A DNA stretch of 64,000 bases. Source: Gnetum montanum. Its lineage: Eukaryota > Plantae > Gnetophyta. Of this stretch, positions 1 to 12,206 are shown in pieces. Numbering within the stretch: position 1 is the stretch's first letter; each line of letters begins with the position of its first letter. Under the pieces are notes generated by a model that was not told where the DNA came from, did no database searches, and saw only the letters and a list, made by a program, of their open reading frames with translations. The DNA lies in NCBI GenBank assembly GCA_015680685.1, contig MNCI01003248.1, positions 1-64,000 of the forward strand. The letters are read 5' to 3'. The translations under genes were made by a program, and so were the position numbers.

Positions 1-2101
1 TCATCATGATCATCTCGTCCATGGCATCTATGATGCCTACATTGTCCCCTACTCTCCCTTCTTCTATGTCGTGACTCTCTAGAGTGCCCTTGTCCCCTTT
101 CCTGACTATTTCATCTATGACTTCCACTTTGCCTACCCTTATCCCCATGGTCTTTTTCTTTATGACCACGTCTAGATATTGAAGGAGAGGGTGAAGGAGA
201 TGATGAAGGTGAAAAAGAAGGAGAACCGTCACCATGACGATATCTGCTACCTTCTCTTCTATGGTCTCAACCTCAATTGTGATTGCAATCAGAATATCCA
301 CCTTTATGATGAGTTCGTATCTCTTTTTCTAATCCTTTGTGCCCATGGGTATCAAAACCTAGGTTATGAATAGTGGAATGAAGGTTCTGATACACAACCC
401 CTTGGCCAAAGTCAAGGGGAGGAACATCGTTATGTGGGCGACTGCCTGAGGTAGGTTCACCACCCTCATTTTCACTTAAAACATGTGGGGCATCCTGGGA
501 CCACTTATCCTTCAAAGACTTATGATGTCTCTCCTGTTGCAAGTCCCTTTGACGTTGTGCCTCTATGGGACAGTATTTTCTCAAGTTATGGTCTTGCACA
601 ACATATTCTACGTGTAAGTGTGACATGTCAATTCATGTGAAAGCATGAAGAAGCATGCTCAAGACTGAACGATCGGGAGGTAACACTATGTTACCTTCTA
701 AGTCTCGCCAACGCAATTGTTTGTCTTAATGGAGGATAAAGATGAAGTTTGGCATATACTAATCGGGATAAATATATACCCCTCGAACTTGTTGAGGGAC
801 TATGGATCAATGTCATGTGTATTACGTCGTCGACTGTTTCCTGTTTCAAACCTAGGCAGTGAGGCACTTTCGTACGAAGAAAGAGACATACTTATTTGTT
901 CAGTGTGCAATGTATTCTTGTTTATTATTTTCTCAACTAATCCTAAGGATTCTTGATGTGAATGATTTCCTATGTTCTAGTTAGTGCACAAACAACTAAG
1001 TCCCTAGCAACGGTGCCAATGATTAGCGGCAAGGTACTTGTACGCTAAACCATACAAATACGAGCATTTCACCCACGATCCGATCGAATTCCAAAGACTA
1101 AGTGCTTATGCGCCCTTATGGAACAAGGACAAGTTGGTTGATCATTATCTTCCTAAGCTTACCTGTATGTCACGATTGTATGGTTAAGTAAGCTTGAGGC
1201 ATATGATTTTTATAGCTTTTATGTTTTTATGTCCTGCGCTAGTAGGGAAAGAGAGAGATAACTAAGTGACTAATTTAACTTAACTACTGATTAACTAGGC
1301 TTTAACTAATCCTAACACTAGTATCTGTTCTCACTTGTCGTACACATCCTGAACCAGTGCAACACTACTGGAATTACCAAACGCTAGTCGTTACTAGGTT
1401 ACCAAGTGTTACACGCATGCTTGAAGTGATCGTACTGAGTTTATTTTAATGATTTTTTTAATTGATCAAAATGAATTGCTACGCTAATAATAGAAATGTA
1501 AAGTGCATAAAATAAAATAAAATAAAATAAATGCATAAGAAAATAAAATAAAAGAAATATGTAAAAAAAAATCTCAAGTGCTACAAGGATGAATTAAAGA
1601 GCTCGTCTTTATTGTCGTACACAAGGTGTGCTCAGGTACACAATGCTCGAATAAAGATCCGTCTACACTTCGATCTCCGAGCACCTGGAAACTACTATAA
1701 GTTCCAAATAGATTAGAAGAGTTTCACTACTTGCTCTAATAATTAGAATAACTGCTCCAATACTAACCACTCTAATTATTAAAATAACCACTCCAATAAT
1801 AAATGCTCTAATAATTAAAGTAACCACTCCAATAATAACCACTCTAATTATTAGAGTAACTGCTCCAATAATAACCTCTCTAATAATAACCCCTCTAATT
1901 ATTAGGGTAACCGCTTCAATAATAACCGCTCTAATTATTAGAGTAATTGCTCCAATAATAACCGCCCTTTAATAATACCCGCTCTAATTATTAGAGTAAC
2001 TGCTCCAATAATAACCGCCCTTTAATAATAACCACTCTAATTATTAGAGTAACCACTCTAATAATTAGAGTAATCACTCACCGCTCTAATAATTATCATC
2101 A
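1..2101 (-). mobile_element. Athila-like Ty3/Gypsy LTR retrotransposon, 5' part (5' LTR 1020-2101, PBS 1001-1018, decayed gag from ATG at 889 running off the window)
   Basis: On the minus strand the LTR starts TGATG (2101) and ends ..GCCGCTAATCA (1020). One base later comes TGGCACCGTTGCTAGGGA, close to the tRNA-Asp PBS TGGCGCCGTTGCCGGGGA. The gag start (ATGTCTCTTTCTTCGTACGAAAGTGCC) is homologous to 39346 ff. Confidence 0.85.
1733..2096. repeat. Tandem array of quasi-palindromic CTCTAAT(T/A)ATTAGAG / TAACC(A/G)CTCCAATAA units filling the U3 end of the LTR
   Basis: Directly visible repeats such as ccactctaattattagagtaactgctccaataataa, running to the LTR terminus CATCA (2097-2101). Confidence 0.9.
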
Positions 2102-3627
2102 GAGTCCAATAAAGTCCTGGTGGTTTACCTTTGTAAAAATTCAGCTATTTTATAATTCATCAAGAGCTTGCACTAGAATTTCAATTTATAAATTAAAATC
2201 GAGATTTTATGTAGAATTTAGTTTAAAGATTTTTTTTTTTGCAGCATCATCTTCATCATCATCGTATCTTTGTCCAAAAAGAAAAAAAGAAAGGTCGACT
2301 ACATTTCCTTGCAATATCCAGAATGTAACCACGGCTCTGCTTAGCTTATTTACCTACACCAATCCGTCTTTTTAACAACGTGAATTCCAATGTAATTTCC
2401 AAATGACACTTCAAAATGCTTGCATTTCACAACATGCAATCATAGTTCGATGAGCATGAGTTAGGAGCATGGCACAGAGAAAATGATGCTGATTTCGGGG
2501 CCACCATAGCATCAAGCAAATAATGCCAACTCTGGGGTCCGCCGTGAACACGTTTCTTGGCTTTTAGTTTATGTGAATTGAATCTTTGCAGGTGTACATC
2601 ATCTATTTCATCTCTTTAGATCGCCGGCAATTGAACGTTTGCACGTTCTCACCGAATTCAGCGTAATTTCATGGACACAGGCCATCCTTATTTAAATCAA
2701 AATAATTGCAGCACATGGAAATCTTTCTTTTCGAAAGAACCAGTTGATGCGCGAGCCACACGAAAAAGAGCATTGTTTCCACTATTATTAGCGTTATCAA
2801 ACGAAGCAGATACGATCCGCTGAAATTGAGAAAAAGAATTCAAAGGCTGAGTAAGCAAGCAGTGTATATTTATGTACAAGACTGCAATAATTTGAGGTCA
2901 AAAGCCAAGTGGAGGACAAAAACGGTAGGCGCCATCTGAAGCCGCCATGAATGATGATCCTTATCGCCACAGCGCAAATGCCACGTTTGCAGCATTCGCA
3001 TTTCCAATTTCCAAGGCTCCATATCTTGGCCCAAATCTACGGTTTAGCGCTTGAATCCGCGCATCGGACGGACGCGGCGCAGCCAAGAAACGACAAAGCT
3101 CTGCATCACCAAAACACAGCGCAGCAGGAGCAGCAATGCCGGACTGCCGGTTGTCTTCGATTTTATTTTTCCGCACTTGAAGCAGATTTAGCTTATCATT
3201 CTGTTTTGTTTCCGTCATCTGTGGATTCTTACGTTTGATTTCGTGCTTGTTCCTAAACTCTGAATATTTTACGTTATTGCTGTCTCGTTTTGCTCCGCTT
3301 TTCAGATAAAGCTGCATAGTTTGCGTCATTGTTTTCCCGTTTGGCTCCGATTTACATACAGCCGTTCATTTTTGTAGTGTGTTAGTATCTGTGATTTCTC
3401 TGTTCTGCGCGGCCCCGTCGGCCGTGGTGCCTTTTTGCCTACTTGCTGTTTGGAAGCTTTTGTTCTTGGCAAATACGTTGCGAGAATCTAGAGCATTGAA
3501 GTTGCTGGCTCGAGAGGTGGAAGTTTTCGAAAACGTTGCGAAAGGCATCGAAATCTGTGGTTTGTTGAGGAAATTTTGCAATGTTGCGGTTGTTGGCCTA
3601 ATTGCCGCTCGCGGATGGATGCTTTAG

Positions 3628-4377
3628 GTATGTTTGTTCGGTTTCGCGCTTGTTGCGTAGGATTTCCGCGTTTTATCAAGTTTGAGCAAGTGTCCTGTTT
3701 TAGTTGGTTAGTTTGCGTTGCTTTAGCCGCCTAAGTGCCGATAATGTAAAGCATTTGCTCTGGCGGTGGCCCTGCCTGAGGCTCTCTGCTTAGGAGCCGT
3801 CGGCATCCTGTGCTTTCCTTGTGAAATGTTTGTCTTGAAGTCGAAGGAATAGCTTTGGTGTTTCGTACAGCTGAGTTTTGCTGAAACATATACTTGGCTT
3901 TTTTCTCCGTCTGTTTTCTAGCGATGTGTTTTTGTTTTGTGGTCTTTCAGGTCTGAAAAGATTCGGCAAATTTAAATATACCGTAAGGCCTGGATCAGTT
4001 GTGTGACCGTTGGCGGCGATATTGTCAAAGGTAGCTGCGGAGTGGCCTTGAAGTCGCTTTATTTGAAAATTTCGCGAGCGATTTGTAGACAAAACCCTAG
4101 GAAAAGGATTTCTGCATTTCCTGCACATGATTTAAATGAGTTCTGTGAGAGATTGTATCCCAGCGTAAATTCTCCAGGGCACTGGGCGGTTTTAATTGGC
4201 TATATCACGGTGTAAGTACTGGCCAGAGCCAATCTGAGGAGAGCGTGCGATGAAAATTCCAGACTACCGACAGTCAAATATGTAAATTTGAAGCCGAGTT
4301 TTTCCTGTGACGGATCTGATTGCGATTAGAGATCTTTTTAATTTCTTGAACGGGCCGCACCAAGCTTGCTTTCGCAG
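3628..4377 (+). other. Two candidate 5'-UTR introns of the PLAC8 gene (3628-3950 and 4212-4377)
   Basis: TAG|GTATGT ... TCTTTCAG| and GGT|GTAAGT ... TTTCGCAG|, with T-rich interiors. No transcript evidence. Confidence 0.5.
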
Positions 4378-4422
4378 AGAATTTACAACACTTGAGTTGA
4401 ATATATCATTTCTTCTTGTAAA

Positions 4423-6731
4423 ATGGAGGAGCATTGCTGCAAGGGACCGCAGGAAATGGAACGCAAATGCGACAGCATAGTAATCAATGTCGACGGTCAG
4501 GATGGGATAAAAGATGGAAAGAAAGATTCGAATAGCTTGCACGATTCTGCAGCGGAAGTTGTTGCAGAAGGGTTTCCAGCAGTGCTTGATTTTGATCTTC
4601 TCTGTGCAACCGTAGCTATGCAAAATAATCACATGTCTTTTGAGGTCCGGAGCTTGTTGGATAGAGAAAGCGCAGGCGGAGGAGTGCAGAGAATGTGGGA
4701 AGGAGGGCTAATGGAATGCCACGACGAGCGCGATGTCTGTCTCAGAACAGCATTGTAAGTATTTTCTCTCTATGTGCGCAACTTCTTTACAAAAACTTTG
4801 TTTATGATGTCTGTTGATTGTTCTTAATTTTGCAAAGTTCATTACGCACATATTCATTAAAATCATTGCGCTCTCTGTTGCGACTTGTAGATGTTACTGA
4901 TATTTATTGTTAAGAGCGCAAGCTGGTTATAGGACACTAAGTTCAGAAGTTCGTACCAGTAGAAGTAGAATAATCTGACAAATCAAACGGACGAAATAAA
5001 ATCTCAGTTTCGGTTTCATAATCATGAACTCTGGATACTTTTCACTGTTGCGTTAAGTCACTAATTTTTGCTTGCACAGAATTAATAGTGACCTTGACCT
5101 TGAAGTGGTATTTTATGTGATTGAAGGACTTTGTTTTTTTTTTTTTGGATTATTCGAAGAACATAAAGCAGGGCTATGGTGCTCGTTTCTGAGGTCCAAG
5201 GACTGGATTTGAGTTGAACAAAGCTACTTAAAAAATAAAAAATAAAAACTTTCTTTCATTTAACGGCCCTTCTGAAACCCTGCGCCTTCGGTTGACCCTT
5301 ATCTAAACATGAACTGCAATGTAATTTGTTTTATGAATATGATTGAACTACAAGCACTGAAGTTCTTTCCAGTTGTTTTGCCATTTGTATTGACAGAGAA
5401 TGCTTTATTTTTCTCCCTCTCAGTTTGTTGATTTTGATATCTTTTCGTACGTTAGGTAATTCTTGCATTTGGATGCTAATATATAATAGTCAATGGCAAT
5501 GTTTTCTTTGCAATTAATAACAATCTGTCACCTTTTTCTTTCTTTGTTGCTGTAGTCTTCCTTTCATCACATTTGGCAAAAATATGGGAATGGCTGGTTT
5601 TGGGTCTTCAATTTGTCAGGTACTTCCTGCCTGTCGGGTAATTCTGGATTTAAGCTTTCCAGTATGAAAAATTTGTAGGGTATTAAGGATTTGTGTTTGA
5701 TGTTGCTTTTGTGCTGGTTAAACTCTCTGATTTTAGATTGAAGGGTCTCTCATATTCCCTCTGCCAATTATGGTGCAAATAAAGTTTTGGTGAAAAGTGG
5801 TATTGGTTAGGGTCAAGTGGTTTTGAAAACCGCCAGACCTTTAAAATACAATTATCCTGTTTTTGGCTGCAGAGAACTATTTTCACTTAAAAACAATTGC
5901 ATGAGCTGCATATTAATGTGATGTCATGAAATGTTGCTGTTATCCAGGGTATTGTTCACTTCGTGTTGTGTGTGTGCGCACTTATCTTTTTCATCATTTT
6001 CGGAGTTACTAGAACTTATAGCCTTTTGTATGTTGCCATTGCATTGATGCTTTTGATGGCTGCATATGCTGGGTATTTCAGATCACAGATGCGAGCCAGA
6101 TTTAATATCAAGGTATTTTTCTCGTTTAATAAAACGTTGAGCTTTTTAGTCATACTCTAAATTTCTTTGTTTCTTATGACATCAAATCGAAGTTGAAGTT
6201 TTTCTTTTTCTGATTTTTCCCCTTTTCTTTTTTCTTCTTTTTTTGCAAGGAAGAATACTGCATGCAATTTTCTGCTTTTTTTCTTTTTTTTTTTGTTCAC
6301 TTAGTTTTACTGATGCTTTTTGAAATGCCGTGTTTCCCATGCAGGGTAGTGACGGCCCCATTGATGATTGTTTGCATCACTTGTTCTGCTCTATGTGTGC
6401 CTTGTGTCAGGTACGTGATATTCCCCATAAGCTTTTAATGTATTGGATCGATTGTTTATTTGGTATGTCTTGATTTAATTTCTGTTCTTACTCTCTGCAG
6501 GAAGCAAGGACTTTGGAAATAAATAATGTTCAAGACGGTGTATGGCATGGCAGGGGTGACATATTGGTAAGGGGCTTCAGAGACCTTCAGAAGGGAACTG
6601 TGGAACTACAGGAGCCTTCTGTGTTGACGGTATCACCAGAGCCCTGTCAAATGGAGGGAAGAGAGCATTCATGGATCAAAGTTTCCGACCAAGCTGAACC
6701 TTTAGTTGGGTTCAAACATGGTGATATATGA
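4423..6731 (+). CDS. PLAC8 / cell-number-regulator (CNR/PCR/FWL) family protein, ~285 aa; join(4423-4754,5556-5619,5948-6112,6345-6410,6501-6731)
   Basis: All introns are GT-AG and phases are consistent (858 nt). Motifs: QRMWEGGLMEC, FGKNMGMAGFG, two hydrophobic segments, YFRSQMRARFNIKGSD, DDCLHHLFCSMCALCQEARTLEINNVQDGVWHGRGD (PLAC8 QE-x-R motif). Confidence 0.9.
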
Positions 6732-7409
6732 TACATCCGACTTTTAGAGGGTGCTTTCTTATATCTGCAGTAAACAGTTCTTTTACCCGAATCCCGTCTT
6801 TTTCATCCGTTTGAGCGCACGCTTGACAAAAATGAAGCTTGAAACCGAGTCTCAGTTAATTATGCATATGGTGAGCAATCACCCAGATCTGCAATACTAT
6901 TCCAATATCAATGGCAACGAGATTGAACTTCAAATAGAAATACTCGGGGAAAGTTTATTATTAGGCTTCTTAGGATTTACAGACTGCCTCTGAGGTTGAA
7001 ACTAAAAAGACATACGAGTCCTCTCTATCTTTAGAGGCCGAGTTAATTATTTCCTCTTTGTAGAGGCTGTTAATTCCTCCGTCGTTGACTCACATAGTAG
7101 CCTTAATCCCAAAGGGAGCGTTGTTGACAACAATGTGTGTAATGAGGAAATGTTTGTTTTATTCTTTTTGTACCCTGATTCATTGTACAGTTTATCGCTG
7201 TATCATCTTCGTGAAGTCTTATTTAGAAATGTAAGTTGGCTTTCTTGAACTTCAGAGCTTTCGTGTAGTCATATTAAAGATTATTTATAAAAGCAACATG
7301 CAAACTTTCGTTCAAGTTATCTTTTTGCAATATCTCGAGGATAAAAATGCTGAAAATGTAGGTATAACGGTGACTCTCTGATTACACAAGGGACGTTGGA
7401 ATTTAAAAC

Positions 7410-8705
7410 TATTTCACTATCGGTATCTAATAAGATACCGCGACATGATAATTTAAGCTAAAATAGAATTAAAACCATTAAATGCTGAAGGAGAGATATG
7501 AGAGGGATGTTGGCACTGAAAATCATTTCCCTATCAGTATCTTAGAAGATATAGAGGACATTATAATTTAAGCTAAATTAAAATAAAAATTCTTTAAGCA
7601 GTGAAGGAGCTATACGAGCCTACTGGTATTTATGAGAAAAAAAATTAATGAAGAAATGTTACGTAATCTCAACCCTTTGTGCCATCTCATCTCTCACCAT
7701 GGCTGCTGCACCATATCCATCATGGATGCTATGTATATGCTTTGTACGTATTTGCAAAAATTAACCCTCTGTGGCACCTCATGCCTTACCATGGCTGCTG
7801 CATCATGCCCATCACGGATGCCATGTATATGCTTTGTATATATCTAAGGCTTACAAATTAGTAAAAAGGAAAAAACACCACGCTTTGTGCTAAAAAAATT
7901 AGAAAGCACTAAATTCCGTTTTTTCTCCTAATTTGGTTTACAGCCAGCATCTCTTTTCTGATTTCCATTAGTTGCTGCATTGGGCTGCTGATGAAGGTTT
8001 TCTTATCACATGACACTAATGCTGCTGCCATTCTTACATTTCAATTGCTAACAAAATTAAAGATTAAAGAAATTATTGAAGCCAACAATATGTACTTTTT
8101 AGTTTTTATTTCGGTATTGAGCATCCTAAAACTTGCATTAAAATAGATGTTGTGAACTTCTATTCTTCATCCTAGATTCAATTTTCAGGCTGATTTTTTT
8201 TTTTCTGATTTTTATGGCACTGCTGCCTCCTTGTGCTGCTCTCAATGTGGTATTTCAATTGTGAACTAAATTAAAGATTTTTTAAATTGAAAATTTTAAT
8301 ATTGCTGTGTACTTTTTTATTTTTTAAACTGTATTAAAAGTTGCATTATACATTCATCATGTGACAAAGCTCTAAAAATGCAATGCAATAAAGCTCTAAA
8401 AATCATTCTTTTTTTCTAACTCTACAAGGGCCTTGCACAAATATTGACAAGTATCCATTTGGGATCATGCTTAATAGTCAATATGCACTACCAATGGATT
8501 TGGAAGAGACCAAAGCAACTTTATGTTTAACCCTTCTTTTTACAAAATCTGATAACTATATATCAATATTCTATATTATCAAAATGTTTATAAGATTTGG
8601 AGGAAGCTTGAATATGAATGGACAGAATACAAATGCTAAAAGATATAATTGAAAGTATGAATGGACTTTGAAGTGCATTACTAGAAGATATAATTGAAAG
8701 TATGC
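7410..8705. repeat. Run of small two-copy local tandem duplications (~115 bp at ~7410-7620, ~90 bp at ~7670-7845, longer at ~7950-8350, short ones at ~8365-8405 and ~8640-8705)
   Basis: Examples: ccatggctgctgca..gatgc(t/c)atgtatatgctttgta twice; ataatttaagctaaa twice; agatataattgaaagtatg twice. Confidence 0.75.
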
Positions 8706-9511
8706 TGGTTGAAAGTACCGTTAAAATAACTAATTATAAATTAAGCTTAAAAATGGTTTGGTACCATAAAAGGAATTATTGCAATTTTTTAATGTTTTAC
8801 ATTGGATGCTTATGATCCCTAAATCATTGAAGGTATCCTAAACATTGAAATGATCCCTGAAAGTTCAACTTCTGTTTATTTAGGAAGGCAACTATTGCAT
8901 TTTGTTCCAGGTTTTTGTTGTGGATAAGCGTAATTGAGAAGGTAACATAACCATGTTGAGTACCTCATTTTCCCGTACCCTGCGCTTGTTTTCAATGCCG
9001 TTGAAACTAGTGACGTACCTTTATCGTTTTAACCAACCTTCAGATGTTTGTGTTGCAGTTGACTGCAAGGAGAATCTGTTTCTTATTTGAAAAGGTCATG
9101 CAGAGATTGTTCATGGCATTTTTGCTGTGAGGGGCCCAACGCAAGAGAAAGAAACCAGAGGAGTAAAACTCAAGGTACAGAGGTTCCAAACACGAATATA
9201 TTTAATAGTATACCATTCTTTTCTTGGGCAGCTGCTGCAAAGAATGATGGATACTTGTATCAGAGGACAGAAAATGAAGCCATTCCCCAGTTCCATTGCC
9301 AAGTAACAGAAAAGTTGCCCGAGGTTGGTTATTATCACTTATCATCCAAGAATCCTTCTCAAATATTCTGCCTCCGGCAATTTCCCAAACCCCAACGAAA
9401 CATGCCAGAATGTCTCAGGCAACTCTGAAGCAGGTTGTGAACGTTGCTTGCATGCTTTGCAGAACCGGCTCCTTAAATTAACAGTTTGAACAGGAGACGC
9501 AGACAACATGG

Positions 9512-12206
9512 ATGTTCATAGCATTCATAGAGGCCGTTCGGTTCAGCCTATCTTCCATGGCAAAATCAAAATATTTGTATTGGGTGATTGTGCTTGCTCA
9601 TATTGTGTGTATCATTTTCTTCCTCTCTGAATTTTCTCCTGTCAAATGGCCCAACAGTGGAATGATGATTAAAAGGCAGACCTTTGAAAGTTCTGCTTCA
9701 CATCCTTTGGATGCTCACCATCAGAAGGAGAATGAAATGCTGGTAGACAGAAAGATCAGAATCAAAGGATTGAATCCTTCTAATGAGGATCATGCTGGGT
9801 CTGGTTCAGCTTGTACGGATGAATCATCAGTGGCAGCTTCTTCAGACGAGCAGAATCAAGAGGTGCAAGGAATCCAATGTGACGTTTTTGCTGGGAAATG
9901 GGTCAGAGATGATTCATACTCATACTATTCTGCTGGTTCATGTCCATTCATTGATGAATCCTTTGATTGCTTCAACAACAAAAGGCCTGACCACGGCTAT
10001 CAGAAATGGAGATGGCAACCTCATGGCTGCAACATTCCTAGGTGAAAAACCCAAATTCATTTCAACTATTTTTTTAGTCCTTTTGACATCATCATCATCG
10101 TGTATGGGTCTGATGTTATTTGATCAAGGCCAAATTTAGGCTCGTGGTTCAATCATTTATTTTACAACTCTGTCCCTTCGTACCCATTTCAATTCTGGGA
10201 AGTCCTAACTTGCAACACTATTTGATTTTTATCATTTAATATTTTTCATCATCTTCATGAGTTTGAAGGATTTAACTAGAACCTGAAAATTTTTATTACG
10301 TACAGGAAATCATAGATGATTTAACAAGGTAAAAAATATGCTTTTTTGTTAAGATAAATTTCCATGGACTTTTCTAGCAGGTTGAATTCCAGCCATATGT
10401 TGGAGGGACTGAAAAACAAAAGATTATCTTTTGTGGGGGATTCTTTAAACAGAAACATGTGGGAATCACTGGTCTGCATCCTTCGACAGGGCCTGAAGGA
10501 TAAGATGCGTGTTTGGGAGATTTCTGGCAAGCGTAACTATAAAACAGAGGGATTCTATGCTTTCAAATTCGAGGTAACTTTTCTGATGCTCATCAGTTAT
10601 CGTTAGTATAGCTTTAACCAATTGAGTTCATGACTTTTGCTACTAATTTCAACACAATGGCTACCGATTCCGTGCAAAACTCAATTTAAAAAAAAAAAAA
10701 AACTGTTACTAGCAATTTTATGAAAAACTCAAATCAATTTCATTTATACGTCGAATCAAATTTGATAGCTAACTAAAAATCAAATTCAGACTTATGCAAA
10801 TCAATTTTGCTATGTTTCAACCAACTTCTTCAAATTGAATAATCATTTTTATTTCAATTTTAAAAACAAGAAAGCGAACATGAAAGAAAATGAAACATGG
10901 AATATTACAAGAAGAAAGAAAACACATAAAAAAAAGAAATAAAGAGAGTAGCACAAAATTGATTAATCATTTTGACAAAATTATTTGCAACAAATGGTAA
11001 AATTGATTTACCATGTTGTGTGAACATTCTATGAATGTTTTACTAAAATGAATTTCAGTACAGTGAAATGGTTACATATTTTGTTGAAATTGGTTGCAAA
11101 AACTGTGAATTTAATTGGTTAAATGGCTACTATGGATGTGATCATCAACCTGGTTTCTAAGGAATAATGTTTTCTAGGGGAAAACAAATGAAAAGTACTG
11201 TAGAACTTTTTGTTTACTTTGAATTCACAATGTTTGGACAGGAATTTTCTAATTTATTTATTTCTATGTAGATGTTAACAAGGTTTCGTCTAAATTCAGG
11301 ATTATAATTGTACGATAGAATTTTTCCGGGCACCTTTCTTGGTTCAAGAGTGGAAAATGCCTTCTGAAAATGTATCATCGATGACAGAGACTCTGAGATT
11401 AGATTCAATGGATAGTTACGCTGCAAAGTACAGAGATTCTGATGTTCTTGTATTTAATACAGGCCATTGGTGGACTCATGAAAAAGCCGCCAAAGGGTAT
11501 TTATGATTTTCATTTATCTCGTTGAATAGAACATTATATTATTCATATTTGTGCACACAGTCAACTGGTAATCCTGTAATAAGTTTCACATTTGTATACC
11601 TTGTTTTGGGCATTGACAGGCTGAAGTTTTACCAAGAAGTTGATTATCTGTATCCTCACATGGATGTTTTGGAGGCATTCCAAAGGGCACTGAAGACATG
11701 GGCTGACTGGATTGATTTAAACATCGATTCACAGAAAACCCAAGTTTATTTTAAGGGTTACTCTGCTTCCCACTTCAGGTATAGCTTCAAACAAATTTCA
11801 ATAATGATGTAATATCATCTTTCTGGGTCCTTGGGATAGGTTTTTTGTAGAGTCACTATTAAATATAGCATGTCCTATGCCGTTGTGAAAACACAGAGGG
11901 GGCCCATGGAACTCAGGAGGGCAATGCCACAATGAATCTGAGCCAATACTGGATGACGAGCATGTTTCAAGTTACCCAAAACTGTTGAAAATATTAGAAG
12001 AGGTGATGAAGCAAATGAAGACTCCAGTGACGTACCTCAACATTACCAGAATGTCTGCTTATCGAAAGGATGCCCATCCATCCATCTACCGAAAGAACAA
12101 GTCCAAACCTCAATTACAGAGCAATCAAGATTGTAGCCATTGGTGTCTCCCTGGAGTACCTGATACATGGAATGAACTTCTCTATGCTTCCATGTTGAAA
12201 AAATAG
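9512..12206 (+). CDS. TBL: TRICHOME BIREFRINGENCE-LIKE polysaccharide O-acetyltransferase (PMR5N + PC-esterase), ~462 aa; join(9512-10041,10381-10573,11300-11496,11620-11778,11897-12206)
   Basis: N-terminal TM segment; [27 protein letters not shown]; [16 protein letters not shown] (GDS motif); FNTGHWW; [19 protein letters not shown] (DxxH motif). GT-AG introns in phase (1389 nt). The start could be the later Met (MAKSK). Confidence 0.93.

Noticed and set aside
9087-9481. ORFs upstream of TBL
   Set aside because: Non-ATG or weak starts and no recognisable motifs; probably leader or promoter sequence.
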